Assembly: GCF_001194135.2 (NCBI RefSeq)
Contig: NC_068985.1
Span: forward strand, 32,034,803 to 32,081,161
Origin: Octopus bimaculoides
Taxonomy: Eukaryota
Length of the DNA: 46,359 nucleotides
Direction of reading: 5' to 3'
Shown: piece by piece, positions 1 to 9,964 of the stretch
Position numbering within the stretch: the first letter of the stretch is position 1
Layout: every line of letters starts with the position of its first letter
Position numbers and translations under genes: made by a program
Notes under the pieces: generated by a model
The model's input: the letters and a program-made list of their open reading frames with translations, nothing else
The model's database searches: none
Told to the model about the DNA's origin: nothing

Positions 1-47
1 TAACCCTAAACCTAACCCTAACCCTAACCCTAAACCTAACCCTAACA
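1..47 (-). repeat. Short degenerate telomere-like (CCCTAA/CCTAAA)n array
   Basis: taaccctaaacctaaccctaaccctaaccctaaacctaaccctaac; similar arrays occur inside dispersed elements at 1576-1700, 2058-2109 and 24935-24977. Confidence 0.85.
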
Positions 48-226
48 CTAGTTTTGTGAGATTTGGCTGTTATTTCTAGCATGTAAATAGCCTGCTTGGT
101 GGGAGGGGGGGAATTGAAATTTTTCAAAAATTTTTTTCAGAATCGGAATCTCCATAGCCTAAAACGTGGGATTCCGTAAAAAAAAATTAATAAATAATGG
201 GGGGAAAGGTTCAGATTACATATAGT

Positions 227-390
227 CCATCTCTACCGGTCAGCCTTGTCACACTGAATATCCCCGAGAACTACATTAAGGGTACACGTGTCTGTGGAGT
301 GCTCAGCCACTTGCACGTTAATTTCACGAGCAGGCTGTTCCGTTGATCGAATCAACTGGAACCCTCGACGTCGTAAGCGACGGAGTGCCA
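227..390 (+). mobile_element. 3' half of a SINE-like interspersed repeat, CpG-intact
   Basis: cagccttgtcacactgaatatccccgagaactacattaagggtacacgtgtctgtggagtgctcagccacttgcacg...cgacggagtgcca resembles, from recall only, a cephalopod SINE 3' region; no tRNA head visible. Confidence 0.5.
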
Positions 391-415
391 ATAGGATGGA
401 AGGAAAAAGAAGAGA

Positions 416-500
416 AGTACTATTCAAGAAAAGTGTCCCGGTGCGCGCACTCGCACATCCGCACTAGCTAGTCATTACTAGTCGATCCTACAACGACTTC
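416..500 (+). mobile_element. Degenerate terminus of the GGTAC-ended foldback MITE family
   Basis: agtactattcaagaaaagtgtcccggtgcgc...ctagctagtcattactagtcgatcctacaa aligns by eye with 4340-4410 and 1505-1580. Confidence 0.55.
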
Positions 501-517
501 CTAGCGCGAATGCTCAT

Positions 518-552
518 ATGCAAATTAACGGATAAAAATCACGCGCATGCGC
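518..552. promoter_or_regulatory. Octamer (ATGCAAAT 518-525) and NRF1-type palindrome (GCGCATGCGC 543-552) in a CpG-rich patch
   Basis: Exact motif matches only; no transcript evidence; may be TE-borne. Confidence 0.25.
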
Positions 553-1504
553 AAAACATGTACGAGGGTTTTTTAAAATAAAGTAAATCATTTTTTTTAA
601 TTGCGGAGATGTACTTGCATAGCAAGTGACCTGATCTGAGATCGTGTGCTGGAACGAAAACAATTGCAGCGTGCACAGAACTTTGTCAGTGAACAGGTCG
701 CGGTCTCAAAGCGACGAAAATATATTGACAAATTAAATTTAAATGTTGAAGTGAATCTAACGGTTCTTGTGTGTTATTTTAAATGACTTATAAACACCTT
801 CCACGCTGCAATTAATTTTTTTTAGACAAAGTAATTTTTTTTTTTTTTAATCTTCCACCAAACAAAATAAAATGCTGAANNNNNNNNNNNNNNNNNNNNN
901 NNNNNNNNNNNNNNNNNNNNNNNNNNNNNNNNNNNNNNNNNNNNNNNNNNNNNNNNNNNNNNNNNNNNNNNNNNNNNNNNNNNNNNNNNNNNNNNNNNNN
1001 NNNNNNNNNNNNNNNNNNNNNNNNNNNNNNNNNNNNNNNNNNNNNNNNNNNNNNNNNNNNNNNNNNNNNNNNNNNNNNNNNNNNNNNNNNNNNNNNNNNN
1101 NNNNNNNNNNNNNNNNNNNNNNNNNNNNNNNNNNNNNNNNNNNNNNNNNNNNNNNNNNNNNNNNNNNNNNNNNNNNNNNNNNNNNNNNNNNNNNNNNNNN
1201 NNNNNNNNNNNNNNNNNNNNNNNNNNNNNNNNNNNNNNNNNNNNNNNNNNNNNNNNNNNNNNNNNNNNNNNNNNNNNNNNNNNNNNNNNNNNNNNNNNNN
1301 NNNNNNNNNNNNNNNNNNNNNNNNNNNNNNNNNNNNNNNNNNNNNNNNNNNNNNNNNNNNNNNNNNNNNNNNNNNNNNNNNNNNNNNNNNNNNNNNNNNN
1401 NNNNNNNNNNNNNNNNNNNNNNNNNNNNNNNNNNNNNNNNNNNNNNNNNNNNNNNNNNNNNNNNNNNNNNNNNNNNNNNNNNNNNNNNNNNNNNNNNNNN
1501 NNNN

Positions 1505-1763
1505 GGTACTACTAAAGCAGCGCGGACCCGAACGCGCAGTCGCGCGTCCGCGCTAGCTAGTCATGAGTGGTCGATCCTAACCCTAACCCTATTCCTAACC
1601 CTAATCCTAACCCTAAACACGTATTCATTTGCACACGCGGGTTAGGGATAGGGTTAGGGTTAGGGACAGGGTTAGGGTTAGGGATAGGGTTAGGGTTAGG
1701 ATCGACCACTCAAGACTAGCTAGCGCGACTGCGCGTTCGGGTCCGCGCTGCTTTAGTAGTACC
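1505..1763. mobile_element. Foldback MITE (GG termini, Merlin-like) with internal telomere-like arrays
   Basis: Left arm ggtactactaaagcagcgcggacccgaacgcgcagtcgcgc...ctagctagtcatgagtggtcgat(CCTAAC)n is the reverse complement of the right arm (GGGTTA)n atcgaccactcaagactagctagcgcgactgcgcgttcgggtccgcgctgctttagtagtacc; ~21-nt spacer; left TSD hidden in the gap. Confidence 0.8.
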
Positions 1764-2318
1764 GTGAGCGCTTTATTTTAACTTTTTGCCAAATAAATTC
1801 TTATGGCCAAACCAAGTTCCTTTCCTGAGAGGTATTTGGTTTTTTGCCGACTTTTTACAACTTTTCTTGTTGCACTGAAACCTGCGCTCTGAGGGAGATT
1901 TTCCGTCCCGCTTCACTTTTAAATTTCGAAAAGCCGATTTTTGCCCCTTTTTTTTCAGATTCGTAATCTCCGTACCCGAAAACGGGGGTTTCCGTAAAAA
2001 AAGAATAAAATAAAAAAATAAAGTGGGGTTTTGGGGGTACAAAAGGAAGTCTTGCCTCTAACACTAAAATTAATCCTAACACTAAAACTAACCCTAACCC
2101 TAACCCTAACGAATATGCACAGCAAAAACAAATCTGATTAAAAACAATCAAGAATTTGCATACGATATTGTTGGGCTCCGCGTATCATGACCCCTTGTAT
2201 CGTCCGATATGTTTGTTTATATTCGCGAGTCCTTGTTTTCTGTTTGTTTTATTTTTTAGTATAAAATATTTTAAAATGGATGAATCTTTCTAATTTTTTG
2301 CATGCATTATTTAAATTT

Positions 2319-2574
2319 GGCACTATCATGCTATTAGCTGTCAGAAGTGAAAGTGCTCACTGCTAATTAAATTTGTGTTTTCTACTCACGACTAGCTAGC
2401 GCGGACGCGCGAACTTTCGAGTAATAGATAGATAGATAGAGACAGACAGACAGACATATAGCTCGCTCCGGCCAGTCATGGTATTAGCTGTCAGTAGCCA
2501 AAGAATCGACAAGCCAGCAACAGGCAGACAGACAGATACTTCACTAGCAGGACAGCTAATAGCATGATAGTGCC
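2319..2574. mobile_element. 256-bp MITE, perfect 24-bp TIR starting GG, 8-bp TSD (Merlin-like)
   Basis: ggcactatcatgctattagctgtc (2319-2342) / gacagctaatagcatgatagtgcc (2551-2574); ttaaattt on both flanks (2311-2318, 2575-2582); internal (AGAT)n(AGAC)n. Confidence 0.85.
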
Positions 2575-2654
2575 TTAAATTTTTTTTGGAAAGACTCCTC
2601 CCACCATTTTCTCGCAATTTATTGCTGACGGCTGTAACTTTTTTTATTTTTTAA

Positions 2655-2890
2655 TTTTGGCGATTTTCGCTTTCGATAATGTGTTCTACATATCACGGTC
2701 ATGCGATTCCCCCTAAAAAATGTTTTTGACCCACCCCCTCTCCCCGGGGTGTCTTTTTTTTTGTCATTTCGATATTGTACTACATATCACGGTCATGCGA
2801 TTCCCCCGATAACATTTTTTGACCCCCCTCCCCCGGGGGTCTTTTTTCTTTTTTGGCGATTTTCATTTTTGATATTGTGTTCTACATGTC
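2655..2890. repeat. ~97-bp tandem repeat, about 2.5 copies
   Basis: ctacatatcacggtcatgcgattcccc and ttttgaccc...ccccgggg recur at ~97-bp spacing. Confidence 0.75.
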
Positions 2891-4094
2891 CAGGTCGTAC
2901 GAATAGCCGCCCCCCTCGCAACTTAGATTTGAAAAATCAACGGCTTACATTTATATTGAAACAGCAAAAAGATCATATGTGGAGTCCCCACCAAGAAACT
3001 TGATATGCTAGAAATAACAGCTAAACGCGGACAATCCAAATCTTGCATTTACTCAGAAAGTTGAACTGCGAGTTTCACGCTTTTTACCAGAGAACNNNNN
3101 NNNNNNNNNNNNNNNNNNNNNNNNNNNNNNNNNNNNNNNNNNNNNNNNNNNNNNNNNNNNNNNNNNNNNNNNNNNNNNNNNNNNNNNNNNNNNNNNNNNN
3201 NNNNNNNNNNNNNNNNNNNNNNNNNNNNNNNNNNNNNNNNNNNNNNNNNNNNNNNNNNNNNNNNNNNNNNNNNNNNNNNNNNNNNNNNNNNNNNNNNNNN
3301 NNNNNNNNNNNNNNNNNNNNNNNNNNNNNNNNNNNNNNNNNNNNNNNNNNNNNNNNNNNNNNNNNNNNNNNNNNNNNNNNNNNNNNNNNNNNNNNNNNNN
3401 NNNNNNNNNNNNNNNNNNNNNNNNNNNNNNNNNNNNNNNNNNNNNNNNNNNNNNNNNNNNNNNNNNNNNNNNNNNNNNNNNNNNNNNNNNNNNNNNNNNN
3501 NNNNNNNNNNNNNNNNNNNNNNNNNNNNNNNNNNNNNNNNNNNNNNNNNNNNNNNNNNNNNNNNNNNNNNNNNNNNNNNNNNNNNNNNNNNNNNNNNNNN
3601 NNNNNNNNNNNNNNNNNNNNNNNNNNNNNNNNNNNNNNNNNNNNNNNNNNNNNNNNNNNNNNNNNNNNNNNNNNNNNNNNNNNNNNNNNNNNNNNNNNNN
3701 NNNNNNNNNNNNNNNNNNNNNNNNNNNNNNNNNNNNNNNNNNNNNNNNNNNNNNNNNNNNNNNNNNNNNNNNNNNNNNNNNNNNNNNNNNNNNNNNNNNN
3801 NNNNNNNNNNNNNNNNNNNNNNNNNNNNNNNNNNNNNNNNNNNNNNNNNNNNNNNNNNNNNNNNNNNNNNNNNNNNNNNNNNNNNNNNNNNNNNNNNNNN
3901 NNNNNNNNNNNNNNNNNNNNNNNNNNNNNNNNNNNNNNNNNNNNNNNNNNNNNNNNNNNNNNNNNNNNNNNNNNNNNNNNNNNNNNNNNNNNNNNNNNNN
4001 NNNNNNNNNNNNNNNNNNNNNNNNNNNNNNNNNNNNNNNNNNNNNNNNNNNNNNNNNNNNNNNNNNNNNNNNNNNNNNNNNNNNNNNNNNNNNN

Positions 4095-4230
4095 AATTTT
4101 TAGAAATCTTTTTCAGAATCATAATCTTCATATTTTTCTGCATATTTTGACCAAACAAATTTGTGAAAAAAATTTTTAGAAATCTTTTTCAGAATCATAA
4201 TCTTCATATTTTTCCGCATATTTAAAAAGA
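4095..4230. repeat. ~76-bp tandem repeat abutting an assembly gap
   Basis: aatttttagaaatctttttcagaatcataatcttcatattttt occurs twice; related ttcagaatc/ctccatag motifs at ~135, ~1957 and ~4313. Confidence 0.75.
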
Positions 4231-4339
4231 AAAATTTCTGAAAAAAAGTTAAAAATGAAGAATTTGGGTGGGTTTATTTTCTAAATGCCGAATTGTGCCA
4301 ATTTTTTTTGCAGATTTGTATTCTCCATAGTCGAAAACA

Positions 4340-4489
4340 GGTACTATTTAAGAAGAGTGGTCCTGGTGCGCACACCCGCGCTAGGTAGTCGTGAGTAGTC
4401 GATGCTACAATGCTAATCACTAGATGCGTAAAGCAGGTTAGGGTTAGTGATTTGCATTGTAGCATCGACTACTCACAACTACCTAGTGC
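4340..4489. mobile_element. Truncated GGTAC-family foldback element with a 45-bp stem hairpin
   Basis: Arms 4378-4422 and 4445-4489 are reverse complements with 3 mismatches; 22-nt loop contains ggttagggt; left end ggtactatt at 4340. Confidence 0.75.
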
Positions 4490-4639
4490 AATAAACAAAC
4501 AAACAAAAAAAACTATAGAGGGTGCGGAAAAATGAGATGCTTTTACTGCATTTTTTACTTCAAGACAAAATATATTCTTTTACAAATGTTCACTACCTTT
4601 GGTTCATCTGGTGCCTCCATGATGCTTAAATCTGACTTG

Positions 4640-5480
4640 GCTCAGAAGGTCAAGTTGGGAATGGAACAGTCTCCAGCATGGATCGCAGGGCAGGTGGTGT
4701 CTTGGCTGGAGTTGCTGGGCCTTGTATTGCCTTCTTTTTGCTTTTTCTTCAGTCTTTTTCCTCTCCTCAAAACTGGAACAGCCAAAATGAATTGCTCTTC
4801 ATCAGGATGGATGGTCAGCAGCTTCTAGCAAAAACTTTTGCCGGCAATTTTTGTGTAGGGAGATATTGTGGTTGTTGTTGCACACTGATCTGTCTCCTTT
4901 CTTGAAGATAGTAATGATGTTTGCATTTTTGAAGTTATCTGGAATGATCTTGTTGCCCCACATTTGCAGCATCAAGTAGAACAGCTTGGTTCTCAATCTG
5001 TACCCACCATGTGTGAAAAGCTCCAGTGGGATGTTGCCTGGACTTGGAGCTTTTCCTGGTTTCATTCATTTGATGGCTTTCATGAATTCCTGGAATGGTG
5101 GAGGAAAGGCCATCCATAGTTTAACAGGTTGCTGCAGAGTGTTTCTCAAAAGGTCTTCTGGGGTTTGAGAATGATTGTTCAGAAGAAGACGGAAATGTTC
5201 TCTCAAACAATGCATGGTCTCTTCTCTGGTGAGGGTTTGGTCATCAGCAATTTTCAAGGCACCAGTAGACAACTTGATAAGGCCGTAAATATCTTGATCC
5301 CTGCATAAAAGCCACACTTGTTTCTTTGGTGTGCGTAACCCTGGAGTTCAGCAGCCGTTGCTTGCTACCAGGAGTTCTGGAATTCTCTTAGGTGCCTTTC
5401 GCACATCTGCATTTCTTGTTGCTTCTCATTGGGTGGTTTTTGAAAGCAATACATGCTCTTTTCTTATTGATCTGATGTTT
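4640..5480 (-). mobile_element. Decayed RTE-clade LINE ORF2 fragment (pre-RT/RT N-terminal region)
   Basis: MKPGKAPSPGNIPLELF...IIPDNFKNANIITIFKKGDRSVCNNNHNISL resembles the KA(P)GxD-I...IxxIxKKGD-CxNYRxISL motifs; frameshifted. Confidence 0.8.
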
Positions 5481-6004
5481 GATCTCTTCACTGTTTCCAG
5501 CGAACTCGACCTTATTAATCATTAATCTCAGTCGGAAGATCTGCATTAGCCATTCGTACAACTCTTTCCATCAGACTGAAGCAATGAAAAAAATGCCAGT
5601 CAAGTACTGGGTAATCAAAATACTGTACACAGGGCCTATAAGGGAAGGGTACAACAGGTACTATCTGTCTGATCCTTCCCTTAAAAAAGTGGGGGAGTTA
5701 GAGACAAACTGGCTTTTCCTGAGCCCAAAAGCAGTCTGATTCCTCTTTGATAGATTTCTCTTGGAGATCTTGATTATATCCAGCGCAGTAAAGCAGTGAA
5801 TAAATATTTGTTATATTTGGATAACATCTGAGTTTAAATTCTGGTTGCCTTGCTCTAGTGTGTAGTCCTTTTCAGCATTGGCATCGCAGACTTACATGCA
5901 TGGGCATGAATCAACAAGCTCCTTGTGAGGAAACATTAAATCTGAAATCATTGCAAAACAGGTTTTAAGAAATTGCAGGAAAATGAAAGAAAATCATTTT
6001 TTAA

Positions 6005-6226
6005 CCCTTTTGTTACCATATTTCCGTTGAGATGCTCTGTGTTTCTTTCAATCAATTTTAAATATAACAAAGAATTTAGTAAAATAACTTAGTTATCATT
6101 GAGCTAGTGTTAGGAACATAAATTGTGACTAAGGTTTGGTGGAAGATTTTAATTCAGAACTTTTGAAAACAAGACATTTGTACTACAGAGCCAGAAGCTG
6201 TTTCAGCCAGGTTGGTATCAAAAGGG
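6005..6226. mobile_element. piggyBac-like MITE
   Basis: TTAA on both flanks; TIR cccttttgttacc / ggtatcaaaaggg (12/13 match). Confidence 0.8.
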
Positions 6227-6349
6227 TTAAAGTAAGCCACTTCAGGAAACCAAAAAGTTTCTCTCATATACAAAACATAATTGCTGCTAGACAAGTTACT
6301 ACAGCAAAGACATCCTTGAAAAAATGTAAAAAACATGTGGGATTGCCCA

Positions 6350-6590
6350 AGACCTGATTGCTGTCAAGCTTTAACAGAAGTACTGAAATTAATTCTTTAT
6401 TCAAGCATATTATGGAAGTAAGATTGATGTTGGAGTTGTAAATAACGATGCTGATGCTATGGGATCTGAAGAAAAGTCATCCAAGATTCCAATTAAGGCA
6501 GATATGTTGGTTTCTCATTTATCGTCTAATAAATTCTCAGCAATCAGGGATAAAGAATTCAAAAGTTTGGATACTTTAGAATACAATGAC
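6350..6590 (+). pseudogene. Caspase (caspase-3/7-like) pseudogene fragment
   Basis: Manual translation RPDCCQALTEVLKL-(+1 frameshift at 6392)-FFIQAYYGSKIDVGVVNNDADAMGSEEKSSKIPIKADMLVSHLSSNKFSAIRD parallels caspase-3 [29 protein letters not shown]...KIPVEADFL...SWRN; may extend to ~6745 (TLYKK). Confidence 0.7.
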
Positions 6591-7129
6591 TGTAAACAAC
6601 TGTCTCGCATTGTGTCGACATAGCTCAAACAAAGTTTGTACTGAAGAATTACAATATTTAAGGAGTGGGATCCTCAAATAGAAACGGAGCTTCTTTACAG
6701 TGAGAATTCCTGGTTTGCATTCACATTATACAAAAAGAATATTTAGAAACTCATATATCCACAAATGCAAAAGGAGTATATTTTAGAAACTCTTATATCT
6801 ACAAATACAAAAGACTATTTTCACACAATACCTACACCATAAATTGATAAATGTAATGTTTTAAACTAATTAACTTTCAATGATAGTACAAACTTGATTT
6901 GATTTGATAAATATCCTCTATCATTTTAAGAGGTTTAACTATAACTATTTCTTACAAATTTTACTAATAACACAAGTGCCTTTCAAAATAATTCTTCACC
7001 CCCAAAATTGAACTAACATTGTTTTATATACAGCTAAATTTGAACAAATTAACATATGCACTATTTTACTCATGCACTTTCATGCATTGCAGGGGTTCAT
7101 TGAAATTTGTCTGCAAAAGAGAAATTGTT

Positions 7130-8080
7130 AATCTTTCCTTTTTCACTACATTATACTATCTCAGCATCATTAGGTAATCCTTTACAACTGCATGGTCATA
7201 ATTTGCATAAGTGCTCATTTCTATCTCTTCTTTGTTTTCTTTCCTTTATCCATGCTTGCTCCCTTTTGGTAGGCAACATCCTCTCCTTTCGAACATGGGC
7301 TAGTTCCAACAGGAAGATGGATGAAGCTCTGCTACAGTAGAGCAGTTCTTGACACAACTGAGGATAGATGGAAGCAGAGAATGCAGGACAATCTGTGCTC
7401 AGGTGCTACTTTCAACTCTTTGATTACACTGATCAGTTTTCAAGCTGTCACCTACTTTCTGCAAGTGTGAATTCTCTATGGGGTGGATTGATGCCCTACT
7501 TGTTGCCAACATTTATGGTTTACTCAGTCTGGATGAGCTCCACATCTCCATTGCTCTCAAAGTGGGATCCAATGTTTGTGGGGGTCTGAGATGTTGTGGT
7601 AGGCCCCTCAACTTCACAGGCCTTCAAGCTTTGTTCTGCAGCCTAAATGCTGGTTGTTTCATTCGTCACACTGAGCTAAACTTAATCATTAAGCAGGCTC
7701 TGGCTCAGGTTAATATCCCCTCAGTTCTGGAGCTGGCAGGATTATCCAGAAGTGTTACTCTTGGTCCCTGGGTAAGACATAGGTGCCTCATTTGGGATAT
7801 CACAGTCTGTGACTCCTTTGCTCCCTGCCACATACTGGAGGCTGTGGTATCTGAAAAGGTCACTGCTTCTGTTGCTGAATGGAACAAAATCCTTAAGTAT
7901 CAGGACTTGACTGTGAAACACTTCTTCCAACTTGTGGTGTTTGGTCACTAACTGTGAGGTTTTTGTCACTGTTGGAAGCTCATGCTATCAAGGTGACAGG
8001 TGACACCTGTGAAGGTGCTTGACTGTAGCAATGCCTTAGCCTTGCCATTGCCCATAGTATTGCGAGTGTGCTGGTTTGCT
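7130..8080 (+). mobile_element. CRE-clade non-LTR retrotransposon remnant: C-terminal zinc-knuckle/restriction-like endonuclease region
   Basis: IRHTELNLIIKQAL...IPSVLELAGLSR..VTLGPW...LIWDITVCDSF...AEWNKILKYQDL and VTGD...LSLAIAHSIA match the CRE RH..N.II..AL...EP.GL...PW..G...WD.T..D...K..KY pattern; RPDG core deleted; stops present. Confidence 0.7.
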
Positions 8081-8309
8081 TCAGTAGGGTTTTGTTGAAC
8101 CTTCTGATATGTAACCAATTGAGGTGCTTGGTATTGAATTGATGTTTTTTCTTCAGTTTTTTCCTTTTCTTTCTCCTCTTCTTTTTCTCTTTCTTTGTTC
8201 ATGTTTGTGTTTTGTTCAGTTTTGGATTTGTATTTTAATGTGGTTTTGTATTCTATATGTATCATATACATAGGTGTTATATATGTAATAAAATTTTTTT
8301 CATCTGATC

Positions 8310-8790
8310 ACTATTTCAGAAAATTATCACCATCTTTAGGTATGTAAAAGACAAAATTGGTAACATCATTAATATCCAATGCAAATAGAGCAGGTTCAAG
8401 TGAGTCACCCTGTTGGGCTCCAGAGGCAGATGGGATGAGGTGGTCACCAAAGGAGAGATAGGAGGGCTATTGATAAGCTTGCCAAATAAAGTGATAGAGT
8501 TGTGGGGTATTTTCCCTTACTGTATAGAGGATTATATCTCAACTGATGGAATTGAATTCTTCCTGATATCTAGTTTGAGGATGACCTTTGGGGTCTCAGA
8601 AGGCAAGTTGGTGAAAGCTCTAATGTCATGAACAGCAACCTCACAACCTAACTTTGTACCCACCCCTAGTTGTTTAGGGAAAAATTTGGCTGACAGGCAG
8701 TTTGAAACTGAAGACAGACACACTGTCACTGTGGGCCGTTACAGAGCACACCCAACTGCTATGAAGTGGATGTCACCATTGGGCTTTGTG
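8310..8790 (-). mobile_element. CRE-clade reverse transcriptase remnant
   Basis: Minus-strand IAVG...PKQLGVGTKLGCEVAVHDIR...VILKLDI and AQQGDSLEPALFAL (~8385-8418). Confidence 0.75.
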
Positions 8791-9113
8791 AGACCAAATA
8801 ATTAAGCCCTAAAGAACATGACAAATGTCTCTTGATCACTTACTGCATGACTCTAAAACTTTTTATTTTATTTTATTTTCACCCTCCTTCAACTGCCCAC
8901 CAGTGTTAAATCCAACCAAGCCATCATGTGGCAGATAGGGTGGATGGGTAAGTGAGAGGAATGTGTGGTCCATGTGGGAACAGGAAATCAGAGCAGAAAA
9001 ATGAATTCTGTGTTTGTGAGGGAATGTAAGTAAAATGTTGAAATGAAAACACTGTATAAACACTGTGATTTGTGTTTTAAAAACTGACATTCACAAGCAT
9101 TTTTTTTTTACAG

Positions 9114-9263
9114 ATGATTCCATACGTTGTATTATTTCTGCTGGTGCTTTGCTCATTGGCTGAGGGTGGTGAAAGGAAAACTGTTGAACACTATTTAAAC
9201 CGATGCTTGGATGGAATACATCATAAACAGAAACCTGGTCCTGAAGGATCTCTCTATAACCAG
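9114..9263 (+). CDS. FOLR: Folate receptor-like, coding exon 1 (signal peptide and first Cys)
   Basis: MIPYVVLFLLVLCSLAEGGERKTVEHYLNRCLDGIHHKQKPGPEGSLYNQ; matches FOLR C..xKHHKxKPGPE..L..Q; donor CAG|GT at 9263/9264; polypyrimidine-CAG immediately before the ATG. Confidence 0.93.
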
Positions 9264-9964
9264 GTGTTGTATAACCAAAAACTGTACTTGTGAATTTTTT
9301 TTTTTTAATTATGTGTTTTTTACATGTTATATGGAGCTGTTATTCTTGTGGATAGGTTGGAGGATCAATCTCACTCTTGCATTCTATTTTTTGGCATGGT
9401 TTCTGTATTTGGATGCCTTTCCTACACCAACCACTTTACAGAATGTACTGGGTGCATTTTATTATGGCATCAATACTAAATAGGTTACCTTGTACATTGT
9501 AAGTCTTCACTATTCTGTTTTCTCCACTCATTCAGAATGATATGATCAAGAAGAGGGAGCAACGACAGCTGATCTAGGGCAAGATAGTGTAAGAATTGAG
9601 TGTAGATTGGTAAGTTAAAAGAAAAGCAAAAGGAGAAACAGTGCTTGAATGAATACTGTGAGGGAGACAGTAATGGTAAGTTGTAATGAGAATGACATTG
9701 TAATGGCAGAGAGAAAGGGAAAGAGTCAGTAATAACAGTTGTGTGTTTGCTGGTAAAGAAGAAAGCAAGTGAAGAATAGTCATAGAGATGGATAATAAAA
9801 ACAGAGCATGTAAAAGACTGGAAGTCAGTAGTGAATAATGGCTAGGAATTCAGACAGGTGATGGAGGGATGTATCGGGTACTAATAGATCTGAAATACTC
9901 CTTCATCACTTATGCACTTTGATGAGGGAAAGAGAAGTAGAGTGATACAGGTAGTGGGAAATTC

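Noticed and set aside
1-47. True chromosome end (telomere)
   Set aside because: The array is short and degenerate, and near-identical arrays sit inside dispersed MITEs in this window; it cannot be excluded without the upstream sequence.
561-600. Mariner-like TIR start (tacgagggt; also tagagggtgcgg at ~4516)
   Set aside because: No partner TIR or transposase remnant is visible; too short to call.
1576-1700. Telomere-telomere fusion scar
   Set aside because: Orientation is (CCCTAA)n then (TTAGGG)n, the reverse of a fusion, and it is embedded in TIR-like arms.
872-4179. Long ORFs 872-1645, 3043-4179 and 3049-4158 (also 20219-20799, 25914-26993, 41283-41797, 44520-45320)
   Set aside because: Artefacts of translating N-gaps (880-1504, 3096-4094, 20338-20709, 25973-26845, 30994-31003, 41425-41644, 44670-45167).
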